A stretch of DNA of 64,000 nucleotides from Aulosira sp. ZfuVER01 (GTDB taxonomy: Bacteria; Cyanobacteriota; Cyanobacteriia; Cyanobacteriales; Nostocaceae). The stretch lies in contig JAVRCV020000031.1 in NCBI GenBank assembly GCA_034530615.2, positions 32,001 through 96,000 of the forward strand, given 5' to 3'. Below, piece after piece: positions 19,058 through 28,943 of the stretch. The notes beneath the pieces were generated by a model. The model had not been told where the DNA came from. It did no database searches and was given only the letters and a program-made list of their open reading frames with translations. Position 1 is the stretch's first letter. Each line of letters starts with the position of its first letter. A program made the translations under genes and the position numbers.

Positions 19058-20704
19058 ATGCCTCTATCAAATTCTGTCATTCGTCGCTACACACCCCCCA
19101 CTTGTACGCTAGAAGTTTTCGCACAAGACTCACCTTTGTCCCGGTGGATGGGAAAAACTGTCCTCAAGCAGTTAAGCTTTGAGCTACGTTTTGACGATCC
19201 GCGACTACCAGAAGAAAGCAGATTCCCAATTCGGGGCGATCGCGACCAACTCGAAGCTTTGTGTGATGCAGTCACAAACTACGTTCAGAATTTTCTTCAC
19301 CAATCTCCAGAAAGTTTTTGGTTCAGTTTCGCCGGTCCTCGAGACTCCAGTAAAGTTGCTGATGACTCACAACTAACAGATTTTCAGCCCGCATCTCTAC
19401 CAGCTACTACTAAGACATTACAATCTTTTCCGTCACAATTACCACAGACAAGAGTCTATTTAGAACCGAGCAGCTATTTGAATCACAAGCTGTTCCTCGG
19501 TTCCCTCGCTAACCAAGCATCTGGGCCAGTAATTCAACTCAGTCTGCTCCAACTATTCGATTTGGCAACTGCCTTAGATGAATACTCGGCTGATATCATG
19601 GCGTTACCTAGTTTGGAAAGTACCCGCAGTTCGACTCTCAGCTTCCCAACTTGGGCACCAGTGGCAGCCGTACTAGTATTAGGTGTGGGATTACTACCAC
19701 TTACTTGGCAATATGTAAATAACACTCAACCAAAGCAGCAAAAGATAGCCAAAAATCCTACTACTGAATCTGCACCAATTGCTCAATCCACACCTTCAAC
19801 CAACCCGCAAGCTGGACTCTTACCCCCAGACAGTTTACCTCCACTGCCACCTTTAGGCTCTACCCAGCCACCTCTGTCTTCTAACTTCCCTAGAGCGCCG
19901 ATAACAGCGCCTAATTCCACCATTAGCAACTTACCAACATCATCTAATCCTGGCCTCTCTACATCTCAAACCACCGCCAGTACTAAATTACCGCAGGGCA
20001 CTCTGCCATCTTCTGGAAGTGCATTGAATATACCGCAGAAGGCAAACCCGACTTTGTCTACTAATTCCCAGTTTGGAGTACCTAGCAGCATTGGTGGCCA
20101 GCAAATTGCCATTCAACCCAATCCTACACTAAACCGTCCTGGAGCAGTTAGCCCCGCCGATCTTGCTTTGCCTAAAAGGCGGGAACTACCACCAAGCCTA
20201 TCTCCTAACAGAAGTAGTGTCAGCCCAAATATCGCCACAACTGCTCCACCACTTCCTACCATACCCAATCGCACAGCAAGTTCACCAAAGCTTGAGGGAG
20301 AATACAATCCTACTTCTATAAACTCTCCAGTCAGAAGTAGTAGCAATCCTTTAGTGGAGAGATTGAGAAATGGAAGCAAAACTTCTACTTCCACACAAGT
20401 AGCTACCGACAACACTTTATTTGATACACCTCAGGTGGCAGAAGCCAGACAATACATCCAAAAACGTTGGCAACCACCCACTGGGTTGCGACAAACGCTG
20501 GAGTATAGCTTGATGGTAGGTGTTGATGGTACTATTGAACGGATTTTCCCCCTAAATAAAGCAGCTAGAGAATTTGTTGATAGTGCTGGAATGCCTAATG
20601 TAGGTGCACCCTTCGTTTCGCCTAATAAATACGGACAAAATGTCAGAATGCGTGCTGTACTTAGTCCAGATGGCAAAGTGCAAATCTTCCCGGAGACAGA
20701 ATAA
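19058..20704 (+). CDS. DUF4335 domain protein with TM segment and Pro/Ser-rich region
   Basis: RRYTPPTCTLE N-terminus, LLQLFDLATALDEY, TM helix, low-complexity linker. Confidence 0.82.
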   Translation: MPLSNSVIRRYTPPTCTLEVFAQDSPLSRWMGKTVLKQLSFELRFDDPRLPEESRFPIRGDRDQLEALCDAVTNYVQNFLHQSPESFWFSFAGPRDSSKVADDSQLTDFQPASLPATTKTLQSFPSQLPQTRVYLEPSSYLNHKLFLGSLANQASGPVIQLSLLQLFDLATALDEYSADIMALPSLESTRSSTLSFPTWAPVAAVLVLGVGLLPLTWQYVNNTQPKQQKIAKNPTTESAPIAQSTPSTNPQAGLLPPDSLPPLPPLGSTQPPLSSNFPRAPITAPNSTISNLPTSSNPGLSTSQTTASTKLPQGTLPSSGSALNIPQKANPTLSTNSQFGVPSSIGGQQIAIQPNPTLNRPGAVSPADLALPKRRELPPSLSPNRSSVSPNIATTAPPLPTIPNRTASSPKLEGEYNPTSINSPVRSSSNPLVERLRNGSKTSTSTQVATDNTLFDTPQVAEARQYIQKRWQPPTGLRQTLEYSLMVGVDGTIERIFPLNKAAREFVDSAGMPNVGAPFVSPNKYGQNVRMRAVLSPDGKVQIFPETE

Positions 20705-20738
20705 TTTAGGGAATCGGCTTATGTCACTTACCAAACCC

Positions 20739-20902
20739 TGCAAGGTGGGGAACGGGAAACAGAAAATAATAAAACCTAATGCGTAAAAAACAATTATATT
20801 CAGATTCTGAGAGTAAAGGTACAAAGCGTCCTTGCTTCAATCCCAAGATATAGCGCGTGGGTAAGTTTTGCCTGTTGCCTGTTCCCTTTGAAAAAACTTG
20901 CA
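20739..20902. repeat. Degenerate MITE-like element
   Basis: TGCAAG...CTTGCA ends with inner imperfect IR GGGAACGGGAAACAG / CTGTTGCCTGTTCCC. Confidence 0.45.
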
Positions 20903-21116
20903 CGAAACCAGGCTAAAGTAGAAAGATTGTTTTCATAGCACTATCACCTGAAATAAGCGGTTATGCATTACCCAAGATAGTTAACACAATTAATTTCTCC
21001 AACAGCTTTTAGGCAAGGATTTAATCATCAAGAATCTTCAATATCAAAATATAAATCACAAAAAACAAAAGAGGCTGGTAAAACCAGCCTTTAATTTTTA
21101 GATTGCACTTGATATA

Positions 21117-21578
21117 TTAATAACGGGATTTTTTGCTTTTTAACTTTTGTTTTTTACGCCGCCGTTCTGTAGAAGCAACACCATATTCCACTGGATAACC
21201 GACAACAGGAATTACCTGATATTTGCGTTCATCTTCTAACTTTTTCAGTTCGGTATAATCAACCCAGTGAATGCAATCAACTGGACAAGTATCTATTGCT
21301 TCTTGAATGACTTCTTCTGCGTCTCCATCCTGACGAACTACTCGCGATCGCCCATAATCTGGTTCAATGTAAAACGTATTACGAGCAACATGAGCGCAGT
21401 GCTTACAACCAATACAGGTGATTTCGTCAACATAAACACCTTTTTGACGCAGCACTCCCCCTAATTCCGGTTCTAAACCAGAGCGTTCTGGCGCATCCCG
21501 TAAAAAACCGCCTAATTCTGGTTCTAAACCGGAACGATTATCTTCTTGTTCTTCCGGTGACGGCAGAAAATCAGCCAT
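21117..21578 (-). CDS. Ferredoxin (single Fe-S cluster, CxxCxxC...CP)
   Basis: CIGCKHC...DTCPVDCI; duplicated RSGLEPELGG at the N-terminus. Confidence 0.88.
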   Translation of the reverse strand: MADFLPSPEEQEDNRSGLEPELGGFLRDAPERSGLEPELGGVLRQKGVYVDEITCIGCKHCAHVARNTFYIEPDYGRSRVVRQDGDAEEVIQEAIDTCPVDCIHWVDYTELKKLEDERKYQVIPVVGYPVEYGVASTERRRKKQKLKSKKSRY

Positions 21579-21964
21579 TACGCACTCCAGCGTTGTACTA
21601 CCAGGCGAATTGAACCATCTTGTTGTTGTTGTTGCTCAGCAACTTGAAAGCCAACACGAGTAGTTTCTTTCACAACTGTTTGATAAGCATAGCGCTGAGT
21701 TACTTGGCGCAAAAATCCATCAACAGAAAGATTTTGTTGCCAATACTGCAAGTCAGCTACCAATTCATATTCTTGGCCATTCCATCTAAAGCCGATATCA
21801 TAGCCATTTTCTTGCTCAATCGATATTTCAGCGGGATGGGTTTGTCCACGATAGCCACGTACCTCACGCGGACCCGGTTTCCAGTCTATACCCAATTCTG
21901 TTAAAGCTTCTTTTAAAGAGTCAAGGTTACGGATTTGAGTTTTGATTTGGCTAAAATGTGACAT
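21578..21964 (-). CDS. DUF1257 (Ycf35-like) protein
   Basis: MSHFSQIKTQIR N-terminus; YELVADLQYW; 1-bp overlap with ferredoxin. Confidence 0.88.
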   Translation of the reverse strand: MSHFSQIKTQIRNLDSLKEALTELGIDWKPGPREVRGYRGQTHPAEISIEQENGYDIGFRWNGQEYELVADLQYWQQNLSVDGFLRQVTQRYAYQTVVKETTRVGFQVAEQQQQQDGSIRLVVQRWSA

Positions 21965-22003
21965 GGTGGTTGTGAATTAACGACACTAAACTATTTTGAA
22001 CAA

Positions 22004-22213
22004 TTACCAATCACTCAAAGAGGTTTGCGTATTCGCCACACCGGATTGCTGCACCAAAGTGGCAAAGAATTCCGAGGTTGGCTCATGAGTAAGTACTAGT
22101 CCCAGCTGCGCTTCGATTGCTGCTGTGACTTCAGCACAAGAAGCACCCACAATGCCAGTGACTTTCTCTTGTACCCGACCATCTGGATAAATTATGAACT
22201 CTAATGTCTCCAT
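22004..22213 (-). CDS. DUF2997 family protein
   Basis: METLEFIIYPDGRVQEKVTGIVGASC; usual partner of DUF1257. Confidence 0.85.
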   Translation of the reverse strand: METLEFIIYPDGRVQEKVTGIVGASCAEVTAAIEAQLGLVLTHEPTSEFFATLVQQSGVANTQTSLSDW

Positions 22214-22691
22214 GCTCTTGGCCAACCACGATAGTACGCTTAAATTTTATTGCCTCAGCTGATGGCTAAAAATATAGCCGTCGGAACATTTTCACTTAGA
22301 TACAAACTTGCCATTTGTTAACTAATGTTCCATCTCTCAAAATATATATCTCAGAATGTTTACAAAAATTATTAATTTTGCAAGTCTACACATCGGTCAT
22401 TAGTAAGTCTCTCGTAACCTAATAGATTAGTCAAGTTCAGAATTGAGCTTCAAGGGAAGTGAGAAAAGCCCTAAACATAGGCATTAGAAGTAGTCTAGCT
22501 AGCTAGAAGAGTAACAAAACTATAAAATTTATTGAAAATATTTATCATTATTATTGTGTTTGTGCCAACTGTCTCTGGGGTTATTCAGCAATGCAACTAC
22601 TGACTCATAACACCAGATTCAAACAAAACTTTGATAAAGCTGATAATAGCTTGATGAATTGGAAAGGTAGCCATAATACCAATTCAAAATT

Positions 22692-22740
22692 CTCTCTTGG
22701 AAAGTTCTGAGCGGAGGAAACCTCCGCTCAGACTTTCCGC
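22692..22740 (-). repeat. Palindromic small dispersed repeat inserted in an AAAATTC STRR tract
   Basis: GGAAAGTTCTGAGCGGAGG-AAA-CCTCCGCTCAGACTTTCC between AATTCAAAATT flanks. Confidence 0.75.
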
Positions 22741-22845
22741 AAAATTCAAAATTAGGAAAGCTAGATTTCAAAAGGGCTTCTGAGTTTGGCTCTATGGCTG
22801 AGGGTAGGCGATCGCACTGATGTATAACTCAACAAAGTTACATTT

Positions 22846-23397
22846 CTAATAATTGTTTTCAAACTCTGCCAAAGTTAATACACCTCCATGCAAATGCTTC
22901 CCACCCTGCCACATCGATTTGTCTGCTGCTTGATATAAAGCACCCAAATGCGTACCATGTGCTGGATAAAACGCAATTCCGCATGAAACTGTAAAAGAAG
23001 CTTGAATCTTCAGAAAACTTTTATCAGGCAACAAATAGAATCTCTCTACAGAGGGAATAGATGAAAACTCTTGTCTGATTTTGCTCCAAAGCTCTCTGGC
23101 GATTGAGATAACTTCTGCCATTTGTCGCCCACTCAAAAAAACCACAAACTCATCTCCACCCGACCGAAAAACCTCCGCATCTTCTGGAATTACCCGACAA
23201 ATTATATTAGCAAGCTGTTTGAGTTTTTCATCAGCTTCTTGAAAACCATAATGATGGTTGAAGTAGCTCAATCCATCAACATCTAGCAAAAGCAACCCAA
23301 ACTGCTTTTGCTCACTGGCTAAGTTTTCAAAGCACGTTGGTATCAAACGAGAGGAGGGTAATCCTGTTAAGAGGTCATTCTGAGGAATGTCCATCAC
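22846..23397 (-). CDS. Stand-alone GGDEF domain protein (putative diguanylate cyclase)
   Basis: DLLTGL, LLDVD, RSGGDEF, TVSCGIA, AADKSMW. Confidence 0.85.
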   Translation of the reverse strand: MMDIPQNDLLTGLPSSRLIPTCFENLASEQKQFGLLLLDVDGLSYFNHHYGFQEADEKLKQLANIICRVIPEDAEVFRSGGDEFVVFLSGRQMAEVISIARELWSKIRQEFSSIPSVERFYLLPDKSFLKIQASFTVSCGIAFYPAHGTHLGALYQAADKSMWQGGKHLHGGVLTLAEFENNY

Positions 23398-23432
23398 TGA
23401 GAAGCTCTAACAAAAAGCTGAATATTTCTAGC

Positions 23433-23918
23433 TTATTCTATAAATATGGTGTGTATTGCACGATTAATCAAATGAATAACCCCCAAAGAAAATGTAATTT
23501 CTGCACCCAACCGATAATAAAAACTCAAACCGCGAGTGTTGCGAACATCGGCATTCCACGCAATATGCGTACAATCATTTTGCTTGGCGATTTCAGCAAG
23601 ATGGCTCATCAATGCGGCTCCGGCTCCTTGGCTTCTCATCTCTTCATCCACGTATAAATCATCTAGCCAAATACTCGGTTGTCCTGTAAATGACGAGTAC
23701 CTAAATCCATACAAAGCAAATCCAATTTCACGTTCTGCAATCTCTGCAAACAAAACGTAAGAAAAGGGAATTGTGCCAAAAAGTGTTTTGCGTATTTTTT
23801 CTTCTGATACTTGCAAAACACCAGAGAAAGCACCAATTTTGCGATCGAATTCTGCCTTCTTCTTGATGAATGAGAAAATCAGCGATACATCATTAGGGGT
23901 AGCAATTCTGACTCTCAT
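23433..23918 (-). CDS. GNAT acetyltransferase, polyamine/diamine acetyltransferase-like
   Basis: IWLDDLYVDEEMRSQGAG, N..GLSFYYRLGA. Confidence 0.82.
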   Translation of the reverse strand: MRVRIATPNDVSLIFSFIKKKAEFDRKIGAFSGVLQVSEEKIRKTLFGTIPFSYVLFAEIAEREIGFALYGFRYSSFTGQPSIWLDDLYVDEEMRSQGAGAALMSHLAEIAKQNDCTHIAWNADVRNTRGLSFYYRLGAEITFSLGVIHLINRAIHTIFIE

Positions 23919-23988
23919 TGATTAAATTTCTGGCTTCTTCAGGATGATTCCTCTCACAGTTTAACTCGATGGCGATCGCACTAATGAT

Positions 23989-24267
23989 TTATTGATTGTA
24001 CTCAGGTTTAATGATATCTTTCCATTTCTCAGATCGCTGCTTCATCAGTGATGAGTCATTCGCAGTCACTTCTAGAATTCCAGAAATGAAAGCATTTTCT
24101 CCCTACTGCTGATAGTCATCAATGAACTGTTGGTGCTTGTGACCAAAGGATCCCCTTTGAAGTTCTCGATTGTTTGCTTCAAAACGGTACTCAAGATTTT
24201 CACTATAGCCTATATATCTACGTCCATTGGCTTTATTAGTCATTATGTATACACCACTTGTTATGAT
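23989..24267 (-). pseudogene. GIY-YIG nuclease pseudogene (internal TAG, no canonical start ahead of the GIY motif)
   Basis: IITSGVYIMTNKANGRRYIGYSENLEYRF...DDYQQ*GENAFISGILE...IIKPEYNQ*; TAG at 24103-24105. Confidence 0.8.
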
Positions 24268-24536
24268 TAAATCTTATATTCCTTTAAAATCCTAAAATTT
24301 ATTCATTATAAGCGATGTAAAATATTTATCTCAACTGTAATTATTAGGATGTAAATAGTCTTATTGATTTGTAATCCGATTGAGGGCGCAATTAACCTTA
24401 TCAGTAGTTCCAGCGTGGCGACATACTTAAAGACCACAGATATTCATTGATGTTTATCTGTGGTTTTATTTTCTCAAAATCAACTTTTTTTCAGTGGTTT
24501 AGCTTCATACATCGTTTTCAAGGTAGTAGCACGCTA

Positions 24537-25010
24537 CTAAGCTTCTTCAGGATTTAGATGTCTTAACTCATCGGTAGTATATGTCCCGATAGGACTCCAA
24601 ACTAGATAAGGAACCAGTAATAGCGCCGCCATCCAAGAAATCGGTAAAACGCAAATTGCTAAAACCACACTTAAAATTAGACCAGCTAGCCCAACTCTCT
24701 CCCCTACTTCCAGACTACGTAACCTCAACATTAGAGGTATGTAAGCTACGGTAATTATTTCTAATAACAGGTACAAACCCATTAGCAGCCAGGTAATTGC
24801 ACCTCCTGGATTTTTTTGCCAGACGATATTAGCTGAAGCTGCACCGCAAACAAAAATCACAGTCCAAATTAGGGGTATTAATGGCTCAAAAATTAGCCAT
24901 TGAGGACGACTTAAAAGTGCAAACCATTTGACATCACGGGGTGTGATGAAGAAACTACCAAGTGCGATGATGAATGTGATAGCCCCAATTACTATCCAAG
25001 ATTCAGCCAT
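24537..25010 (-). CDS. tspO: TspO/MBR tryptophan-rich sensory protein
   Basis: WF..L.RP.W, IWTVIF, LLVPYLVW; ATG at 25010 after GAGG. Confidence 0.85.
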   Translation of the reverse strand: MAESWIVIGAITFIIALGSFFITPRDVKWFALLSRPQWLIFEPLIPLIWTVIFVCGAASANIVWQKNPGGAITWLLMGLYLLLEIITVAYIPLMLRLRSLEVGERVGLAGLILSVVLAICVLPISWMAALLLVPYLVWSPIGTYTTDELRHLNPEEA

Positions 25011-25208
25011 GCTGTTCACCTCTTTCTGCCTGTACATTTTGACAAGCCATACATTGCCAGTTTGGCAATTGCAGACAGAGGTTAAATCAGTCGTAGGTGG
25101 GAATATTCACATCTATATTAGAGAGGATTAATCATCTGGTTTAAAAGATGCTTAGACGCGAAGCTGCTTTGCGAGCAAGCCTTTTAAATCCCGAATCCAA
25201 AATTGACA

Positions 25209-26492
25209 TCACTCTTGTGCCCCAGCTTTTTGCAAACTCCGCACTATATTTCTATATCCATTAAATTCGGCAATCATCAAAGCAGTGTAACCGCCGCGAT
25301 TTTTCAAATTGACATCAGCCCCAGCTTCGAGTAATGCTTGTACAGACTCATGGAAACCTCCTGAGGCAGCCCACATCAAGGCTGTTGCCCCTGCTGAGTC
25401 TTGAAAATTCACATCTGCTCCCTTAGCTAGTAGTAGCCGCAAAACCGCTGGGCGATCGCGTTGTGCTGCTTTTAGCAAAGCCGTTTTTCCATCTTCTGCT
25501 GGGATGTTAGGATCGGCACCGTAATTTAGCAATACTTTTACCGTCTGGCTGTGTCCTTGGGATGCAGCTAGAGTCAGAGGTATCTCACCCAGGTTTTTGT
25601 CTTGAATATCTCCACCGTGCTGTACTAGTGCCTCGACAATTTGGCTATGTCCTTGCAAGGCAGCTAAAAGCATGGGTGTATCACCTAGGTGATTTTTAAT
25701 TTGTACATTTGCGCCTCGGTGTAGTAAGGCTTGCACTACATCTAAGTAGCCTTCCACAGTAGCAAGGTGTAGGGCAGTTTCACCATCACTATCTTGGTGA
25801 TTAATCTCGATGTCTCTATCCAGTAAAGCTGCGATAATTTCAATGTCTCCTGCGGCTACTGCTGCTGATAGTGCAGTTCCACCATCCTGATTTTCTACAT
25901 TGACATCAACTCCAGCGGCTAGTAGTGTTTTCACAACTGGCAGATGTCCCAAGTCTACCGCTATCATTAACAGCGTCTCACCTTCTTCATCTTGGATATT
26001 GACATCTGCACCACTGTGGATAAATGCTTCTACAACTGCTGCGTGTCCGTGCTTGACTGCCAGCTTTAAAGCTGTGTCATCATCTTTATCTGTAACGTTA
26101 ACCTGGGCACCAGCAGCTAGTAAAACTTTGACTACATCTACATAACCTTTGAGTGCTGCGGCCATTAAAGCTGTGCTGCCGTCTTCATTAGTAGCATTGA
26201 CATCTGCACCTCTAGATACTAAAAGCTTGACAATATCTAGCTGATTGGCACTAGCTGCCAGCATCAAAGCCGTCAAACGGTAACGTTTTCTGGGTAGGTT
26301 AATATCTGCCCCAGCATCTAGGAGCGATCGCACAATTTCGGTGTAGCCTAAATTAGCAGCAAACATTAACGGTGTAGTACCATCGCGATCGCATACGTCC
26401 ACTTTAGCACCAGTATTCAGTAGTGTCCCTAGCCGCTTAATATCGCCGCTTCTAGCCGCTGCAAGCAGCAACATATCCTTGTTTTCAGTCAT
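25209..26492 (-). CDS. Ankyrin repeat protein (about 12-13 repeats)
   Basis: Repeated G.TALM.AA..G...IV..LL..GAD.N. Confidence 0.93.
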   Translation of the reverse strand: MTENKDMLLLAAARSGDIKRLGTLLNTGAKVDVCDRDGTTPLMFAANLGYTEIVRSLLDAGADINLPRKRYRLTALMLAASANQLDIVKLLVSRGADVNATNEDGSTALMAAALKGYVDVVKVLLAAGAQVNVTDKDDDTALKLAVKHGHAAVVEAFIHSGADVNIQDEEGETLLMIAVDLGHLPVVKTLLAAGVDVNVENQDGGTALSAAVAAGDIEIIAALLDRDIEINHQDSDGETALHLATVEGYLDVVQALLHRGANVQIKNHLGDTPMLLAALQGHSQIVEALVQHGGDIQDKNLGEIPLTLAASQGHSQTVKVLLNYGADPNIPAEDGKTALLKAAQRDRPAVLRLLLAKGADVNFQDSAGATALMWAASGGFHESVQALLEAGADVNLKNRGGYTALMIAEFNGYRNIVRSLQKAGAQE

Positions 26493-26693
26493 GGAAAAAT
26501 TCCGCACAGGCGGTTTTTGTTGATCTAGCCTCAGAATTTAGTCTGAAATTGTTTATCCACTTTTGCAAGAGGTTTGAGTCAAGAAATCACCGGTTAGGGG
26601 AAAGTAACATTCTCTTTCCATCCTTTGCTACCAATATAGAGAAATAGAGTTATGCTAATTTTTATGAAGATTTAATAATCGGGCGACTAGACT

Positions 26694-27164
26694 ATGAATT
26701 TAGAACTTTCTCCATCAGTGAAGTATTGGCTGAACTTCTTTCACCCGCTAATCATGTGGCTATTATTTGTAGTCTCGATTTATGCTGCCTATTTAGGGCT
26801 ACAAGTACAGCGTACTAGAAATTCTCAGGGTGAAGAGAAAAAAGAATTGATTAAAGGTAGATACAACATTAGACATTACCAAATTGGATCTATACTTCTG
26901 GGTCTGATGGTAGCAGGTTCAATAGGTGGAATGGCTGTTACCTACATCAATAATGGAAAATTGTTTGTTGGGCCTCACTTGCTAGCTGGTCTGGGAATGA
27001 CCGGCCTGATAGCCTTTTCCGCAGCCTTGTCTCCTTATATGCAAAAAGGAGCCAATTGGGCACGTATGACTCATATTCTACTAAATTTCACGCTTTTAGG
27101 GCTTTTTGCTTGGCAAGCAGTCACTGGCGTGCAAATTGTCCAAAGAATTCTCACGAATGCATAG
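26694..27164 (+). CDS. DUF4079 membrane protein
   Basis: FHP, RHYQIG, GPHLLAG, HILLN conserved histidines. Confidence 0.82.
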   Translation: MNLELSPSVKYWLNFFHPLIMWLLFVVSIYAAYLGLQVQRTRNSQGEEKKELIKGRYNIRHYQIGSILLGLMVAGSIGGMAVTYINNGKLFVGPHLLAGLGMTGLIAFSAALSPYMQKGANWARMTHILLNFTLLGLFAWQAVTGVQIVQRILTNA

Positions 27165-27233
27165 TTATTAGTCAAGAGTCAATGGTCAAGAAATTCTGGA
27201 CTATTGACTTTGGACTTTTGACTTTTGATCGTG

Positions 27234-27917
27234 TTACCGCTTTTTCTTAGAATCAGCGGACGAAAATGGTATTCCCAAAGATTGATGAAAATCTTCTTGT
27301 ACTTTGCGAGTTAAGCGGCGAGAGACTTGGCGGACGATTTGGTTAAGTAAGCGATCGCCTGTAGATTGAATGAGAGACTTAGGCAAACGCTGAATAAACC
27401 GTGGGAAGTGAAGTTCAACTACTAAATCCAATTCCCATTCTACTCGTGTCACCCCCGTAGTATTACTATGAGCATCGGCTACATTTTCTACTAACTGTAG
27501 TGATGCCCGATAATCTACATCATAACCAGGTGAACGGTAATCAGGAATTGGGATAGTACGAATACGGTAGATGCCTTCCTCGGCTGGTAACAACTCCAAA
27601 CCTATTTTCGGCTCAACTTCATAACCAAAAGAGCCAAAACGACCGATTATTAAAGCGTAACCATTTTCCCCCAACGGTTGCACCTTCATTGGTTCAGCAC
27701 AACGCGAAAACCATGAGGAGTGAGTATTAAGATACTCAGCAACCGTTGCCGCTGGCGCATACATTTCCATATAATCACTGTAGCGACCATAAAATTTGGT
27801 AAGCGTTGCTACAGAAACTCCTGCAAGTGCGTCCTCTGCTTCTGTGAGGCTGGACGCCACAGGTAAAACTGTTTCTTTTATTTCTAAAGATTGATATTCG
27901 CCGTTTCTTGAAAGCAT
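27234..27917 (-). CDS. DUF1997 family protein
   Basis: WFSRCAEPMKV, FGSFGYEVEPKIGL, RFIQRLP motifs. Confidence 0.82.
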   Translation of the reverse strand: MLSRNGEYQSLEIKETVLPVASSLTEAEDALAGVSVATLTKFYGRYSDYMEMYAPAATVAEYLNTHSSWFSRCAEPMKVQPLGENGYALIIGRFGSFGYEVEPKIGLELLPAEEGIYRIRTIPIPDYRSPGYDVDYRASLQLVENVADAHSNTTGVTRVEWELDLVVELHFPRFIQRLPKSLIQSTGDRLLNQIVRQVSRRLTRKVQEDFHQSLGIPFSSADSKKKR

Positions 27918-28095
27918 AAATGCGTTCCTGCATCCTATGGCGTTGGTCTATATTAATCGTTCCCAGCTTACGTGGGCCATTTCACACTCAGATATCATTT
28001 TGACGGAATCCTCATGAATCTGTCATGCACTTCGTAGAATCACTACAATAAAGAACTGAACAATCACATATTAGTTTCCCAGGATAGCGTTTCTC

Positions 28096-28755
28096 ATGAA
28101 AGCATTTGTAGCAGGGGCAACAGGTGAAACAGGTCGCCGGATTGTACAAGAACTAATAGCACGCAATATTCCCGTCCGTGCTTTAGTCAGGGATACCGAA
28201 AAAGCTAGGGGGATATTGCCTCCTGATGCTGAGTTGGTAGTGGGCGATGTGTTGAACCCCCAAACCCTGACGGCTGCTTTAGGAGATAGTACAGTCCTAC
28301 TGTGTGCTACTGGAGCAAAGCCTAGCTTTGATCCTACTGAACCCTATAAGGTAGATTTTGAGGGTACTAAAAATTTAGTAGATGCAGCTAAAGCGAAGGG
28401 CATTGAGCATTTTGTCTTTGTTTCTTCTTTATGTACTTCCCAGTTGTTCCATCCACTAAACTTGTTCTGGCTGATTTTAGTTTGGAAAAAACAAGCTGAG
28501 GAGTATCTCCAAAAAAGCGGTCTGACTTATACAATTGTGCGACCAGGTGGGTTGAAGAATGAAGATAACTCCAACCCAATAGTGATGCAGGGTGCTGATA
28601 CGTTGTTTGATGGTAGCATTCCTCGGCAAAAAGTAGCCCAAGTTTGTGTGGAAGCTCTATTTGAACCCGCTGCACGGAATAAAGTTACCGAGATTGTAGC
28701 TAAACCAGAGGCTACCTCTAAAAGCTTTGGCGAGTTATTTACTAACGTTGCCTGA
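28096..28755 (+). CDS. Atypical SDR / NAD(P)H-binding protein
   Basis: VAGATGETG Rossmann motif; YTIVRPGGL. Confidence 0.9.
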   Translation: MKAFVAGATGETGRRIVQELIARNIPVRALVRDTEKARGILPPDAELVVGDVLNPQTLTAALGDSTVLLCATGAKPSFDPTEPYKVDFEGTKNLVDAAKAKGIEHFVFVSSLCTSQLFHPLNLFWLILVWKKQAEEYLQKSGLTYTIVRPGGLKNEDNSNPIVMQGADTLFDGSIPRQKVAQVCVEALFEPAARNKVTEIVAKPEATSKSFGELFTNVA

Positions 28756-28943
28756 TTAATATGGTGCTGAGTCTTGAGTTAACATGGATGGGTTTAACCT
28801 GTCTGGACAACATTCGAGGATTTCGAGAAAGTTGTGAGTTGTCAAGTTATAACAAGACACAGCATTGCTGCGGTGAAGATTGCCGAAATTATTGTATCGG
28901 CTATTGTTGTTAGCTAAAAGAGCGAATATTAAGGAGTTAAACC

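Noticed and set aside
23433..23500. Possibly rearranged C-terminus of the GNAT
   Set aside because: The tail looks atypical but all core motifs are present; needs an alignment to judge.
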